From NCBI RefSeq assembly GCF_009914755.1, contig NC_060936.1: a stretch of DNA of 64,000 bases; one strand, given 5' to 3'. The first letter of the stretch is position 1; each line of letters starts with the position of its first letter. Shown here one piece after another: positions 13,133 to 30,773 of the stretch. Both the position numbers and the translations under genes were made by a program. The notes below the pieces were generated by a model. The model was not told the origin of the DNA. It saw only the letters and a program-made list of their open reading frames with translations, and searched no databases. Origin of the DNA: the human T2T-CHM13v2.0 reference genome, Homo sapiens.

Positions 13133-13742
13133 TGTTTTTATTTTTATTCCTATTTAATGTAGTTTGTTTTACCTGCAATTTCATTTACTCTTTGCCCTAA
13201 AAATTCACCGAGGGATTTCATATTTACATACTTATTTAAATATATCTTTATTATTATGAAGATTATGTAATTAGAACTTGACCAATAAATTTTGGATTTT
13301 AGGCTTGTAAGGAATATTGACTTTTCTGTAAGTGCATTGGTTTTATCAGTTTTCAACAAACTCCATCTTGTATTTCTTTAATAAAGTATTACCCAGTGAT
13401 GGAAACCAGATGTGCCACTTTTGGAAAGATGGCTGTTACGATATGTTTTATTTCACATAGTCAATAGTCTGTTTTGATATTGATTTTCATTTTTTTTATA
13501 TCCTCTGTTGAAAGTTATAACAAGTAAATCTAAAGAATTAGGCTGTTTTAGAGAATTTTAAAGAATTAAGTTGTTTTAATTATAAGAGAAATGCTCTCAT
13601 TTAGAAAATATCAAACACTATTTTGTAATTTCAACAATAATTTGTAGAACTGACTTCGCAGTTCTAATAATTCATACAAAAACTGTGGTTCCTCTATAGG
13701 CTGTTGTGGTCTAGCTTGGGAATTTAATTGCCATTTATTACA

Positions 13743-14160
13743 TTTTTTTGTTTTGTTTTTTGATTTTGGAAATGGGGTCTCTGTGGCCCAGGCTGGAGTG
13801 CAGTGGTGCGATCTGCAACCTCGAACTCCCTGGCTCAGGTGATTCTCCCACCTCAGCCCCCTGAGTTGCAGCGACTACAAGTGCATACCACCACGACAGG
13901 CTAATTTTTCGCCTTTTTTTTTTTTTTTTTGTAGAGACGGGGTTTTGGCAGGCTGGTCTCCTGAACTGGGTTCAAGCGATCTGCCCACCTCTGGCTCCCA
14001 AAGTGCTGGGATTACAGGTGTGAACCACCATGCCCAGCCAGAAGCTGCTGGAGGATCCCTTGAGCCCAGGCGGTCAAGGCTGCAGTGAGTGGTGATTGTG
14101 CCACTGTACTCCAGCCTGGGAGACAGAAGGAGACCCTGTCTCAAAACAAACTAACAAAAA
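13743..14160. mobile_element. Antisense AluJ (13743-14039) abutting a sense Alu right-arm fragment (14045-14160)
   Basis: Alu consensus in both orientations. Confidence 0.85.
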
Positions 14161-14674
14161 AGCTTATTGGTTTTTACTTGAACACTGGCTAGAGAGATAT
14201 TTTGTAATTGCACCTAGTCTTTGAGATAATAGCAAAAGTAATTCTTGTGATTATCTCTGATGCATAATTTTGTATATGGTACGTGTTTATAAGAATTTGT
14301 TGAATGAAAGCTTTTTGATTTCTTACCCAATGACACTGGGCACTACTTTAGGAATTGAAAAATGATCTTGACTGTGTCATAGGTTTAAAACAAAGAGAGT
14401 CATTAGCCTAATTATGATGAAGTTTTAGGACAAAGGTTTGACTTTCAAGAAATAGTTTGGCTGAATTAAATTTTCTCTGTTAAATTAATAAGAGTGCCAG
14501 ATTTTGGCTTTTGTTCTTCAAGAAACTGGTAAGATTTTGGTTTTATTTTTCTCTTTGGTTGCCAACTAAACTTTAAGGCAAAGTCTAAGAAGCTAGTTAA
14601 CAGAGACATTTTATATTTAGTCTTTATTTCAAATTTTTAGTCATTTCTGTCTTTTATGGCCATAGTGCTTGACT

Positions 14675-14680
14675 ATTATT

Positions 14681-14711
<31 letters not shown>

Positions 14712-14985
14712 TTGAGACAGGATCTCTTTCACCTAGGCTGGAAGTGCAGTGGCAGGATCTTGGCTCACTGCAGCGTTGACATCCTGGGTTCAAGTGATTC
14801 TCCCACCTCAACCCCCTGAGTAGCTGGGACTACAGGTGCATGCCACCACACGCAGCTGATTTTTGTATTTTTTTTGTAGAGACAGGGTCTCACCATGTTG
14901 CCGAGGCTTGTCTCCAACTCCTGCGATTAGGCAATCTGTCCACCTCCTACTCCCAAAGTGCTAGGATTATAGGCGTATCCCAGGC
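14675..14985 (-). mobile_element. AluJ with (TTTA)n tail
   Basis: Antisense Alu consensus, microsatellite tail. Confidence 0.88.
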
Positions 14986-15489
14986 TGCCCATGTAATTCT
15001 TTTTTAAAATTAATAATAAGCTGGATTTAAAGATTTCAAATCTGTTAGAAAAACCAATAAAAGAGTATTGATAAAGAATAGTGCTTTATTTACTGATATT
15101 TACTTACTGTCTTTGGACTTCTACATGGTTTTTCCTACCTTACTGTTTTCATTTATAACTCTATCCTTTGTATATTAAATTGTTGTTGTAGTGGCTATGG
15201 CTTTATTCTGTCATTTTATAATAACCTCTTTCTCTTTTTTTCTATTTTTCTTAGTCGTTATACATAAATCTTCATGTTTTAGCAGTATAACTTTTTTTAG
15301 TACAACTGTACTAGCTAATTTGGGAATATTGTATGAAATTTTTTCCTTTGTTTTAAAAATTACTTTGAAGCCTTCCATGATCACTTCTATGTGATTAATA
15401 TTCAGTGGCCTTTAGAGGAAGACACCTCTGAAGCTTTATGTTTATGTATTTCATGAATAAAAACTTTCTTATTATTTCCTATTTGCAGG

Positions 15490-17250
<1,761 letters not shown>

Positions 17251-18339
17251 AGTGCAAGTAGTCTTCCTAGGCTATGTAGTTTAAGTTTCCTGTTACCCAT
17301 TCAGGCCTAATAGAAATTGGCTGGCAGAGAAAAGCAAAGGTTTCTTGTGATAGAGTTCCTCAGTATCCAGGTGTTTTGCTTTGTTAACTGGCTTAGGGAG
17401 ACCCCTAGTGAAAGAGATGCCTTCTACTTACTGTGACAGGATTTGCCATTTAATCAGATATTTAGGGACTGTGACTAATGTCATTGGCTCTCCTGGTTGG
17501 GTTAACACCTCATTTGCACGACCTTATGACATTGAAGATGAGGGCTGGATAATCTTTACGAGCTTACTTGGGATCTGTTTTGGTTTAGTATTTTATAATG
17601 TGGTTTCTTCCTCTTGACATTGTGTTCTTTCTCCCATAAGCGTAATATAATATATTCATGCTTTATATATTGAAAGCTATAAACTGAAATAAATGATTAC
17701 CTGTGCTTTGGTGACAGAAAAAATAAAAGACATATTCTCTAACTTATAAGCCAAAAAGGAAGACATATTTCAAAATTTTGATTTATTTTTCTTTTTTCCT
17801 TTATGTAAGCATAGCTGAACATTTTCAACCATGTATGAAGTAGAAGGTTTTGCTGTTACTGTTATAATTTAACAGAAATTTATGAGTCTCCTAAAAAAGC
17901 ACAGCAGGAACACAGAAATAATTGAGAAATTGCCTTTAGTCTCATGAAGTTAACTCAAGGTTGAATAAAATGTTGCCTTCCCACTAGGCTTGGAACTTTG
18001 CATCCTTAGACTCTAATGCAACATGCCATATTAAATATTTCATTTTACAGATGAGGAAACTGGTATAGACAGGTTTAGTAATTTGCATAAGGTAGTAAAG
18101 CTGGAAAATGGTGGAAATGGTATGTGAGTCCATGTGAGTCCATCTCTAACTCCTCTCCCATTTTCCATTATATCATGCTGCACATGCCTTTACAACTTTC
18201 TTGTTTTTGTTATTGTTCCCATTTGTTTACCTTGCTTCATTATTTGTTACTATTGGTTATTCTTTCCATCTTGGAACCCTCTAGTTTTGAGTTTTGTAAG
18301 ACTGTACTTCCCTGTTTCCCCTCTCAGTATTCCACATCC

Positions 18340-19502
<1,163 letters not shown>

Positions 19503-19881
19503 AGATAGAACTTCTTGTAATTGAACTGGTCTTTTCCTCAAAACGTCATTTTCCCCCTATTTCAGTTGTTTTGTTAATGGTATCTAGCACTGTTGCCTAC
19601 TTTAGTCATATTTGGCTATCTTCTCTCCCTCATCTCTCTTTATTCACTGTCACCTGTTCCTTCCAGCTCTGTAATTTTTAGCATACTTCTCCTTTTTTCT
19701 GTTTTCTCAGCTATTATGCTAGTTCCAGATTCTATTAGTAACATTATGCCTGGCCTTTGACATACATTAATAGCATACATGACTTCAAATCATTCTGTAT
19801 GTCACCCATGCAGAAGCCCACAATGTCTACTCTACTTATAGGACTCTAACATAGCATTTAATATTCTCTTGATTTTCCTAA

Positions 19882-20472
<591 letters not shown>

Positions 20473-20500
20473 TCCTCCTTTTCTTAAAAATTTAGTCTTC

Positions 20501-20850
<350 letters not shown>

Positions 20851-21198
20851 TTATATACATGTAATCTGCATTCCAGTCTTTGATTTGTTAAGGAAATTTT
20901 GTTTTCTAGAAGCCAGAGGTTCTAGAATAGAATGTCATATAGGTATATATTTTTAGAAGGTTTTAGGGTTGTAGAATAATTGAATGTTACAGAAGAAAAT
21001 CTTATTGATTTCAATGTAGTATTTGTTTTGTGAGCATTTTGTCACCTAAAGGGTGTTCTAGATGTATCAAGTACTCCCAGTGTACACTTGACTTCGGGTC
21101 TTTTGTTTTTACCTGACATCTGAAATCACAAGTCTTCAGGCAGCTCCATACCTCTCTTGTGTCTCATTAGTATATTATTTTATCTAAGTTGCCATTAA

Positions 21199-22490
<1,292 letters not shown>

Positions 22491-22895
22491 AGATTAGTCT
22501 ACTTTAAATCCTCCTAACTGCTCCCCACCTCACCTCCATTCCTGCGCAAGTTACATAATGCTAGTGAGTGCTTCTGGGAAAGAAAAGTTTTCTCTTTCTT
22601 TCTCTAGAGCTACTGAAAGAGACCCTTTCTTTCCTTCAAAATGGTGTCATATGAAATTTGAGGTGTGGAATGGCTGCAGCCGTTGTTGCCAAGGTTGGAT
22701 GTAGCCTGAGGATGAACCTACTCATGGAACAGGGCAGAACCAAGAGAATGGCAGATAAGTGAAACTGCAACCCTGATGACATTGTAAATCTCTGGATCAG
22801 ACTTCCTCTGCATGTTTCAATTTGTGATACAGTAAAGTCCATCCCTCTCTCTCCCCTTTTTAAGTGAGTTAGAATTGGCACTTGTAGATATAATT

Positions 22896-22920
22896 TGTGT
22901 GTGTGTGTGTGTGTGTGTGT
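22896..22920. repeat. (TG)n microsatellite
   Basis: About 12 perfect TG units. Confidence 0.95.
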
Positions 22921-23979
22921 ATAAAATACCAACAAGTTTTTCTGGTACATTTAGAACTTTCCATTTCTTCCCTTGGGAACATTTATTATATAGCTACTGT
23001 ATGAAAGGCACTGGGATAGACAATAATATAGAGCTATGAATGAGATCTATTTCTTATCTTTATTATTCTTATAGGTAGTATGAAGAAACAGACATAATGA
23101 GATGAATAAGATAAAGTGTTACAGGTACAAGCCATAGACAGTACTAAAGGTAGAAAGACTTTTCAGTAGTTACCGTAGAAGAAAGTGATGGAAGAAAAGA
23201 TTTCCGTCACTGCTTATGACACTAGGAGGGTGACAAAATCAGAAGGACCTGCACCATAAGTCTATAGCTATCATCTTGTTGTTACTAATGGTTTAATTTC
23301 AGCAAAGCATTATTTGTCACATTAAATTAGTACAATTTGGGTTTGTATTTCATTTGTGAATATGTTGGCATTATAATTTAAGACCTATAAAGAGTATATT
23401 CCTGATTGTATTTATATATACATGTAAATTTGTCAATGACTGGGTAGGTCCATAGTTTGTTTCTTCCTTTTAAAAGATGTCCTTACACTACTGTACTAAA
23501 TTTTGAGAAACACTGGTAGGAGTGGGCACTAGGGAATCATTGAAGAATTGAGACAGTGGATGGATGGAGGACATGATTGTAGGTAGAGACATTTCTTCAT
23601 TTAGGTTGATAATGAGTGTTGAACTAAAGTGTGGGAGTGAGATTTGAGAAAAAGGTACAAGATAGGTTAACCAAAAAGACTTCATGGCTGATTAGACTTG
23701 TGAGTTGAGGGAAAAAACCCTGGTATCTGGTCAGTGACTGGATAGATGATGCTGCTGGTAAGAAAAACAGAAATTGTAGAAAGAAGAAATAGATTTTTCT
23801 GGCTGAGGTAGGAGTTTGGGGGTAGAAGGAAATGATAACATCTATTTTCAACATGTCGAATTTAAGGTGCCTTTTAAACATTTAGGTTAATAATTTCTGT
23901 AGTATAGGAGACAGATCAGGAACAGGAATATAATTTAGAAGTCTTCAGCAGTTAGAAAGTAAATGAAACCATGAAATTA

Positions 23980-24286
23980 CAGCCATCCTTTGATATCTGC
24001 AGGGAATTGGTTCCAAGAACCCCAGGGAATACCAAAATCTGAGGATATTCAAGCCCCTGATATGAAATGTTGTAATATTTGCACATAACGTGTGCATATC
24101 TTCCCATATAATTTCAGTCATTTCTAGATAATACCTAATACAGTGTAAATGCTATGTAAATAGTTGTTATACTGTATTTTAAAATGTGTGTGTGTGTGTG
24201 TATATCCCCCCCCCCCCCCAAATATTTTTGATCTGCAGTTGGTTGAATCTGCAGATGCAAAACCAGTGGATACGGAGGCCTGGCTG
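23980..24286 (+). mobile_element. MER2 (TcMar-Tigger family DNA transposon)
   Basis: ta|cagccatcctttgatatctgcagggaattggttccaagaacccc ... gatacggaggcctggctg|ta; imperfect terminal inverted repeats, TA target; internal (TG)n and C-run. Confidence 0.85.
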
Positions 24287-24576
24287 TATGGTATTACACA
24301 GGAAGAGTTTACTGAGTGAGAAATGAGGTCAAGGATATTCTAGGTGGTCTTAGAAAAGCAGTCAGCAAAGGGTTTTGAGAAAAGAAGAAAATGTTTCTTG
24401 AGAAGATTAAGAGTAACATATTAAACGCTGCAGTGTATTTAAGGCTTTGGCATTCTTTCCAACTCATAGATTGTCCTCAGCAGTAGATAAGATTACTTAC
24501 CTTAACCTATATCATTTCTATTCAAGTCTGTAGAACTTTTTTCATCTTCTTTTCTTCTTTTTTTTTGCATGAGTAT

Positions 24577-25800
24577 CAATTAAGGAAAAACAACAACAAC
24601 CATGTTTACAATTTATTAGGTTCCCTGCAGATATACGTGGTATCTGATCAGAATAGGGAATACTTTTAAAGCAAGAAGCTAACAATTTTTTTTCACACCT
24701 GCAATCCTTGATACATAGAAGGAAATCTGATTGCGAAGACCTCTGTTCATACAGAATAACCTTAAAGATATAGGCTAGTCTTATTTCATACCTAAGTGAT
24801 ATACAAGTGTGTCAATAATCATTGATAGTGAAATTTTCCATCAACACAGGGTGCCTATGAGAATAAGATGATACAATTCCAGAGTATTTTGACAGTAGAA
24901 ACTTGTATGTTAAAAATGAGGAGCTATGTGATAGGTCTAATTATATCTAAGGCAACAAACAGTCCTTTTGGCAATTCCTTGAATTTAGGAATGAAAATAC
25001 TGGTTACGTATCTTTTAAAATACCATTTTGGAACTACTTAAAAAATACTTGACCAGGCACGGTGGCTCACCCCTATAATCTCAGCACTTTGGGAAGCTGA
25101 GACAGGGGAATCGCTTGAGTCCAGGAGTTTGAGACCAGCCTAGACAGCATAGGGAGACCCTGTCTCTACAAAACAAAAAACAAAAAAAATCAGCCAGGTG
25201 TGGTGGTGTGTGCCTGTGGTCCCAGGCTACTCAGGAGGCTGAGATGGATGGATTGCTTGAGCCTAGGGGTCCGTGCTGCAGTGATCTGTGATCCTGCCAT
25301 TAACACTTCAGCCTGGGTGACAGAGTAAGACCTGGTCTCAAAATGAAAAACAAACTTCCTTTTCCTTCTCCTTATTGTGTGTTTGCATAAAGATATTTAT
25401 TAGACATGTGCACACATTCATGGTTCAACTCTTATTCATCTCAGGAAATCAGGACTATGGCGAATTTGAAATCATTTACTGACATCTATCATCTAGCACG
25501 CTACAGGATGGATTTTGGAAACCGTTAAGGTTTGACTGACTAGAATTTAGAAAGTCTGGATAAATTACATCCATATTTATGATGGTTCAATTTAATCAAT
25601 CTTGGTTTGCACCGAAGCAAAACCACATATTGACTTTGGACCTATGCAAGGTATATAGGGCCATAGTGAGAAAGGGGAGAAGTTAAACTCGAAAATGATG
25701 ATGGAGGAAATTTCAGTGACCACAGATTAATTTCCACTGCCTCAGTAAGAAATTGATCCAAGATAATTTGAGATGGGGTGTGTGAATGTTACAAAATACA
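24577..25800 (+). mobile_element. Highly decayed RTE-clade LINE reverse transcriptase remnant (MamRTE1-like), interrupted by an Alu
   Basis: Colinear broken motifs QLRKN, FPADI, KKLTIFF, DDTIPEYF..LYVKNEELCDRSNY, GMKILVTYLL, YCVFA*RYLLDM, SFTDI, QDGFWKPLRF, HIYDG, DGGNFSDHRL. Confidence 0.6.
25051..25354 (+). mobile_element. AluJ
   Basis: Diverged full-length sense Alu. Confidence 0.88.
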
Positions 25801-26018
25801 CATAATAATTTCAGTGTTCTATAATTTTTACAGTAGTAAATTTGCTGTGGTTTGTACATCTTCAAGGTATATCGAGAATCTCACCACTTCTTACCATCTC
25901 TATCACTAACAATCTTGGGCCAATCCATCATCATCTCTTGCTTATATTATTGCTGTAGTCTCTTAAATTTTACCGTATATTGGAATCACGTGAAGATTTT
26001 TAAAAATACTGATGGCTC

Positions 26019-26310
26019 GGCCAGGCGTGGTGGCTCACGCCTGTAATCCCAGCACTTTGGGAGGCTGAGGCGGGCGGATCACGAGGTCAGGTGATGGAGA
26101 CCATCCTGGCTAACATGGTGAAACCTCGTCTCTACTAAAAATACAAAAAATTAGCTGGGTGTGGTGGCGGGTGCCTGTAGTCCCAGCTGCTCAGGAGGCT
26201 GAGGCAGGAGAATGGCGTGAACCCGGGAGGCGGAGCTTGCAGTGAGCAGAGATGGAGCCAGCCTGGGCAACAGAGCGAGACTCTGTCTCAAAAAAAAAAA
26301 AAAAAAAAAA
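26019..26310 (+). mobile_element. AluY (small 3' deletion) within a MER5-like fragment
   Basis: Y diagnostics gaatggcgtgaacccgggaggcggagcttgcag; TSD core tactgatggct on both sides. Confidence 0.88.
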
Positions 26311-26544
26311 ATTACTGATGGCTGTCTCCCACCAGCAGTCATTCTGGCTTAACTAGGTTGCAATCGGGGCATCAGGACTTATTTAAAAGCTTCTGGTGTT
26401 TCTAATATACACTGCCCAAGTAATCAGAAAACCAATAATCTTTCCCTGAAGTAATTCATTTTGACCATGTTTTTCTTCTAGGAGATGTATTAATTTAATT
26501 TGGGACCTTTCCATTTTCTAAAGTTTTAGAAATAAGTCCTGGTG

Positions 26545-27110
26545 TATCCATTAGGCTTCTTAGTTGTGAGCAATGAAAGCTGACTCTGGCTGATTTAAGC
26601 TGAAATAAACTTTACTGATAGGATATTGAGTGGTTTACAGAGTTGGTAGAAGGCTGGATGGAGCCAGCCCTAGAAAAAGTGTATAAACAAAGGGGAGGCT
26701 AAACAACTAGAACCATGGCAAAACTCATGCCAGCGTGACCGTTACGGCTGTGTCTGCTGAATGATGACTGGATGCTGTTGATTGCACTTCTGGGTATGCT
26801 GGTCACTCTAGGCCACTACTGGTTCTGCTGCCTTCGGAAACTAGATACTGCTTTCACTATTGCTGTCATCAGAAAGAATTCTTTGTTGTCTCTGCTCTTT
26901 GTTACAAGGTTCTACATTCAAAATTGCTGGTGGGTACATCTCTGGGTAAGCATAGGCTGCCAGCAGGGCATGTGGAAAAGCATCTACATTTTCAGTTTTA
27001 ATAATGGAAGATAGGCTCTGTTTTGCACCAAAATTTATGAAGTTAGGAATTCTTCAAACACAAGCAAGGGCTTGACATGCTTGGAGCCAACAAAATGAGA
27101 GAAGTCTACT
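26545..27110 (-). mobile_element. Old MLT1-type (MaLR) LTR remnant
   Basis: tgtatccattaggcttcttagttgtgagcaatgaaagctgactctggctgatttaagc resembles the MLT1K/L end. Confidence 0.55.
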
Positions 27111-27442
27111 GCACATGGTATATCTTACAATGTGTTCTTTATTTTAGACATCAATTCATTGTTTGTCAGACTAACAGGCCATAGCATACTGGTGTTTTTA
27201 CATAATTATTTTTAAACCTTTAGAGACTGCTACCACTTGTCCCTTAGCAAGCAGTAAGAGATAAAATAAATGACCAAGTAGCAAGCAAATTAATAAGAAA
27301 ACTTGTACATATAGCTTCTTATGAGTACGTACTTACTATCTTTGGAAGTATAGATAACAGTGTATGTATAAAATAGCATGTTTCTAAATAATAAAAATGT
27401 TCCAAGTTTCTATGATGGAAATAATATGTCAATATTATATCT

Positions 27443-28066
27443 CAGCACTCTTCAATGGAATTATAATGTGGGCTACAGATGTAATACATATATGTAATTT
27501 TTAACTGCATTAAAAAGTAAAAAGAAGCCAGGTGCAGTGGCTCATGCTTGTAATCTTAGCACTTTGGGAGGCTGAGGTGGGAGGATCGGTTGAGGCCAGT
27601 AGTTCAAGACTAGCCTAGGCAATATAGCAAGGCCCTGTCTCTACCAAAAAAATTGAAAAATTAGCTGGACATGGTGGCATGTACCTATAGTACCAGCTCC
27701 TTGGAAGACGGTGGTGGAAGGATCACTTGAGCCCAGTAGTTTGAGGCTGCTGTAAGCCATGATTGTGGCATTGCACTCCAGGCTGGGCAGTACAGCAAGA
27801 TCCTGTCTCTAAAAAAAAGGGGAAAAAAAGTAAAAAGAAACAGACATTTAATTTTAATAATAATTTAACGTAATAATTTGAAATATTATTTCAACATGTA
27901 GTCAGTATAAATATTTAGGGGATAGGTTATATTCTTTTTTTTAATACTAAGTCTTCAAAACCTAGTATATATTTTACACTTAGAGCATAGCTCAATTCAG
28001 ACTGGCCACATTTCAAGTGCTTAATAGCCACATGTAGCCAAATGGCTACCAAATTGGACAGTGCAG
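27443..28066. mobile_element. MER33-like hAT-Charlie element interrupted by a sense AluJ (27527-27825)
   Basis: ggccacatttcaagtgcttaatagccacatgt...attggacagtgcag; Alu TSD aaaagtaaaaagaa. Confidence 0.8.
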
Positions 28067-28181
28067 TTCTGTGGCATTCTGTAAAATACTATGTGACTTG
28101 CCAGTACTGCCCGCTAAACATACTACGGTTAATGAAGTGTTTGGTTATCCATTCTCAAAAAAGAAAACAAAGTAGCTTTTA

Positions 28182-28524
<343 letters not shown>

Positions 28525-28945
28525 TTACTTGATTTTGCAGTGTTCTATAATTTTTTTGTGTGTGGTGGAGAGAGAGGAGGCTTGAAATGGGGAAAAGGAG
28601 CCTAATTATTTTCAGTAGATTTTGTTTTTGTTTGTTATTTTTATTCTCGGAAAATTTAACTTTGCAGGGGATTGAGGTATTCCAGATAATGCCTTAAGGC
28701 AGAGGAAGGCAACATGTTGTAGTGCATTCAGAGTTTGCATGTGAATAATCAAATTAATCATGTTTTATTACATTTAACGTATATGTCACTACTGGGCTTA
28801 GTATCTGATGGTTTGAAAATTAAAAAGGTGGTAGGGTAGTGACTGACTTTGTGCTTGATATTTTGTCTATCACATATGACTTATTTTCCATAGATAATTC
28901 ATTTTGGCAGTAAATTTTGTGTTCTAATTATTTTTATTCTTGCAG

Positions 28946-29009
28946 GCTGCTGAATCAGGAATAATAAAAGTTAAAACAATTGCTGCACGAAACACTGAAA
29001 TTTTGGCAG
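28946..29009 (+). CDS. MON2: MON2 exon 2
   Basis: Acceptor tttttattcttgcag|; AAESGIIKVKTIAARNTEILA+G; donor CAG|gtaatt; 64 nt, phase 0-1. Confidence 0.95.
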
Positions 29010-30463
29010 GTAATTTTTTGTATTAAAAATTTAATAATAAACAAAAATTTGACTAATAGTAAAAGTAGAATCTTTATTGTAAAAGCCATCAGTTTTCTGT
29101 AACATCTCTTCCTCATGCCCTAACATATGCTATTCATAATGAAACAGAATGGGCAAAAGTCCATAACTTATGAACTGACTGTATTTCCCAGAGACGAATG
29201 CTACAAAAATTCTCTGAAATCAGAAAGCTTAACACTACTGACTCCTTAAAGGCAAGGAATTTTTTCTTACTCATCTTCGCATTCTCCTCCACTTCCTGCT
29301 AATCACCTGAGACACACCATAAAAAGCATTCAGTAATATTTGTTCCATTGTATTGAATGAAAGATTTGTTCTCAGTCCACCTTCTGTGATCTACTTTCTC
29401 TTTAATATAATACGAACAGTTCATAACATAGTCTTCTGTATTTAGTTGTACCGTATGAATTTTGAGTCTTGGGATTAAGGCAGTATGATCATGAAAAAAG
29501 AATGAGAGTGAAGTAGAGAAAAGAAAACAAAAATGTTTTCTTACCTTCTCTTGATTGAACCTGATTTTCAAGGAGGAATTTTCAGGAGTTTCTCTTTGGC
29601 ATCCTTCTTTTCTACCCAGTCCACTCCTTTCTCTTCCTTGGTGCCTTTTGTTCTTGCCTCAATAATGAACATGGAAAAGAGGTAAACTGGCTTTTTTTTT
29701 TTTTTTTTAAGAATCTGTTATATGCAAGGCACTTGTGTCATTCTATCTTACATAACAACCTTGTGGGGAAATATTATCTTATTTGATAGTAGAGCTAATT
29801 GAGATGTGAAGAGGTTAAGTTACTTGCCCAAGGTCACAGGAAAGGTGATAGAACCAGATTAAAATCCAGGAGTGTTCAGGAGCCCATGTTCTTCCTGCTA
29901 CAGTGTGCTACCATGGTATCACCAGGTTTCCACGTTAGCCACTTACTCCCAAGTATTACATACGTAACCAGTGCTTGCTTCAGTGATCCTTTAATCTGCA
30001 TTTCCAGTTCCAGTAGTGCTGTTGATCTCAGCTAATCTATGAGGAAAGTAGTCCTATTAAATTAATTTACAGAGTCCAAATAGTAAATAATCTCTTTAAC
30101 TTTCATATACTTTACATTTTTTAAAAGGGATACCAGTAAATCTGTAACTGGTGGGATTTCAGAGTGTTATGAAATGAAATTAAGATTTTTGGGGTCAGAT
30201 TAAGGATCGGGGGCAAGAGTGGATTTCACTTAGGCTATCCAGCTTTGCTGGAAATTTGCCCTTAGCATAAGCGCTCCTCAATTACATCTGTTTCCCACAG
30301 CTTTTTCCCTGATTTTGAACAGTCTTATCAAAACACCCAATAGTTTTATAACATTATGCACAGAAGTAAATAATGCTCTGTGTGCATATTGAGAAGTGGT
30401 ATAGTGAAAGTGGTGGGTAAAGGCAGAGGTGCACATGGTAGGGTTAGGAAGGCTGGCAAGTGG

Positions 30464-30773
30464 GTTTTTTTTGTTTGTCTGTTTGTTTTTCCTGAGATGG
30501 ACTTTTGCTCTTGTTATCCCAGCTGGAGTGCAATGGTGTGGTCTCGGCTTACTGCAACCTCTGCCTCCTGGGTTCAAGCGATTCTCCTGCCTCAGCCACC
30601 CGAGTAGCTGAGATTTCAGGTGCCCAACACCACATCTGGCTAATTTTTGTATTTTTAGTAGAGACAGGGTTTCATCATGTTGGCTAGGCTGGTCTCGAAC
30701 TCCTGACCTCGGGGTTCTCCCGCCTCGGCCTCTCCAAGTGTTGGGATTACAGGCGTGAGCCACTGCGCCCGGC
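30464..30773 (-). mobile_element. AluS
   Basis: Antisense Alu; TSD gcaagtgggtttt/gcatgtgggtttt. Confidence 0.9.

Noticed and set aside
24600-24780. FIRFPADIRGI*...NNFFSHLQSL resembling a Penelope-type RT (RYIDDIF.IW)
   Set aside because: No DD dyad, and the surrounding colinear motifs fit an RTE-clade RT much better
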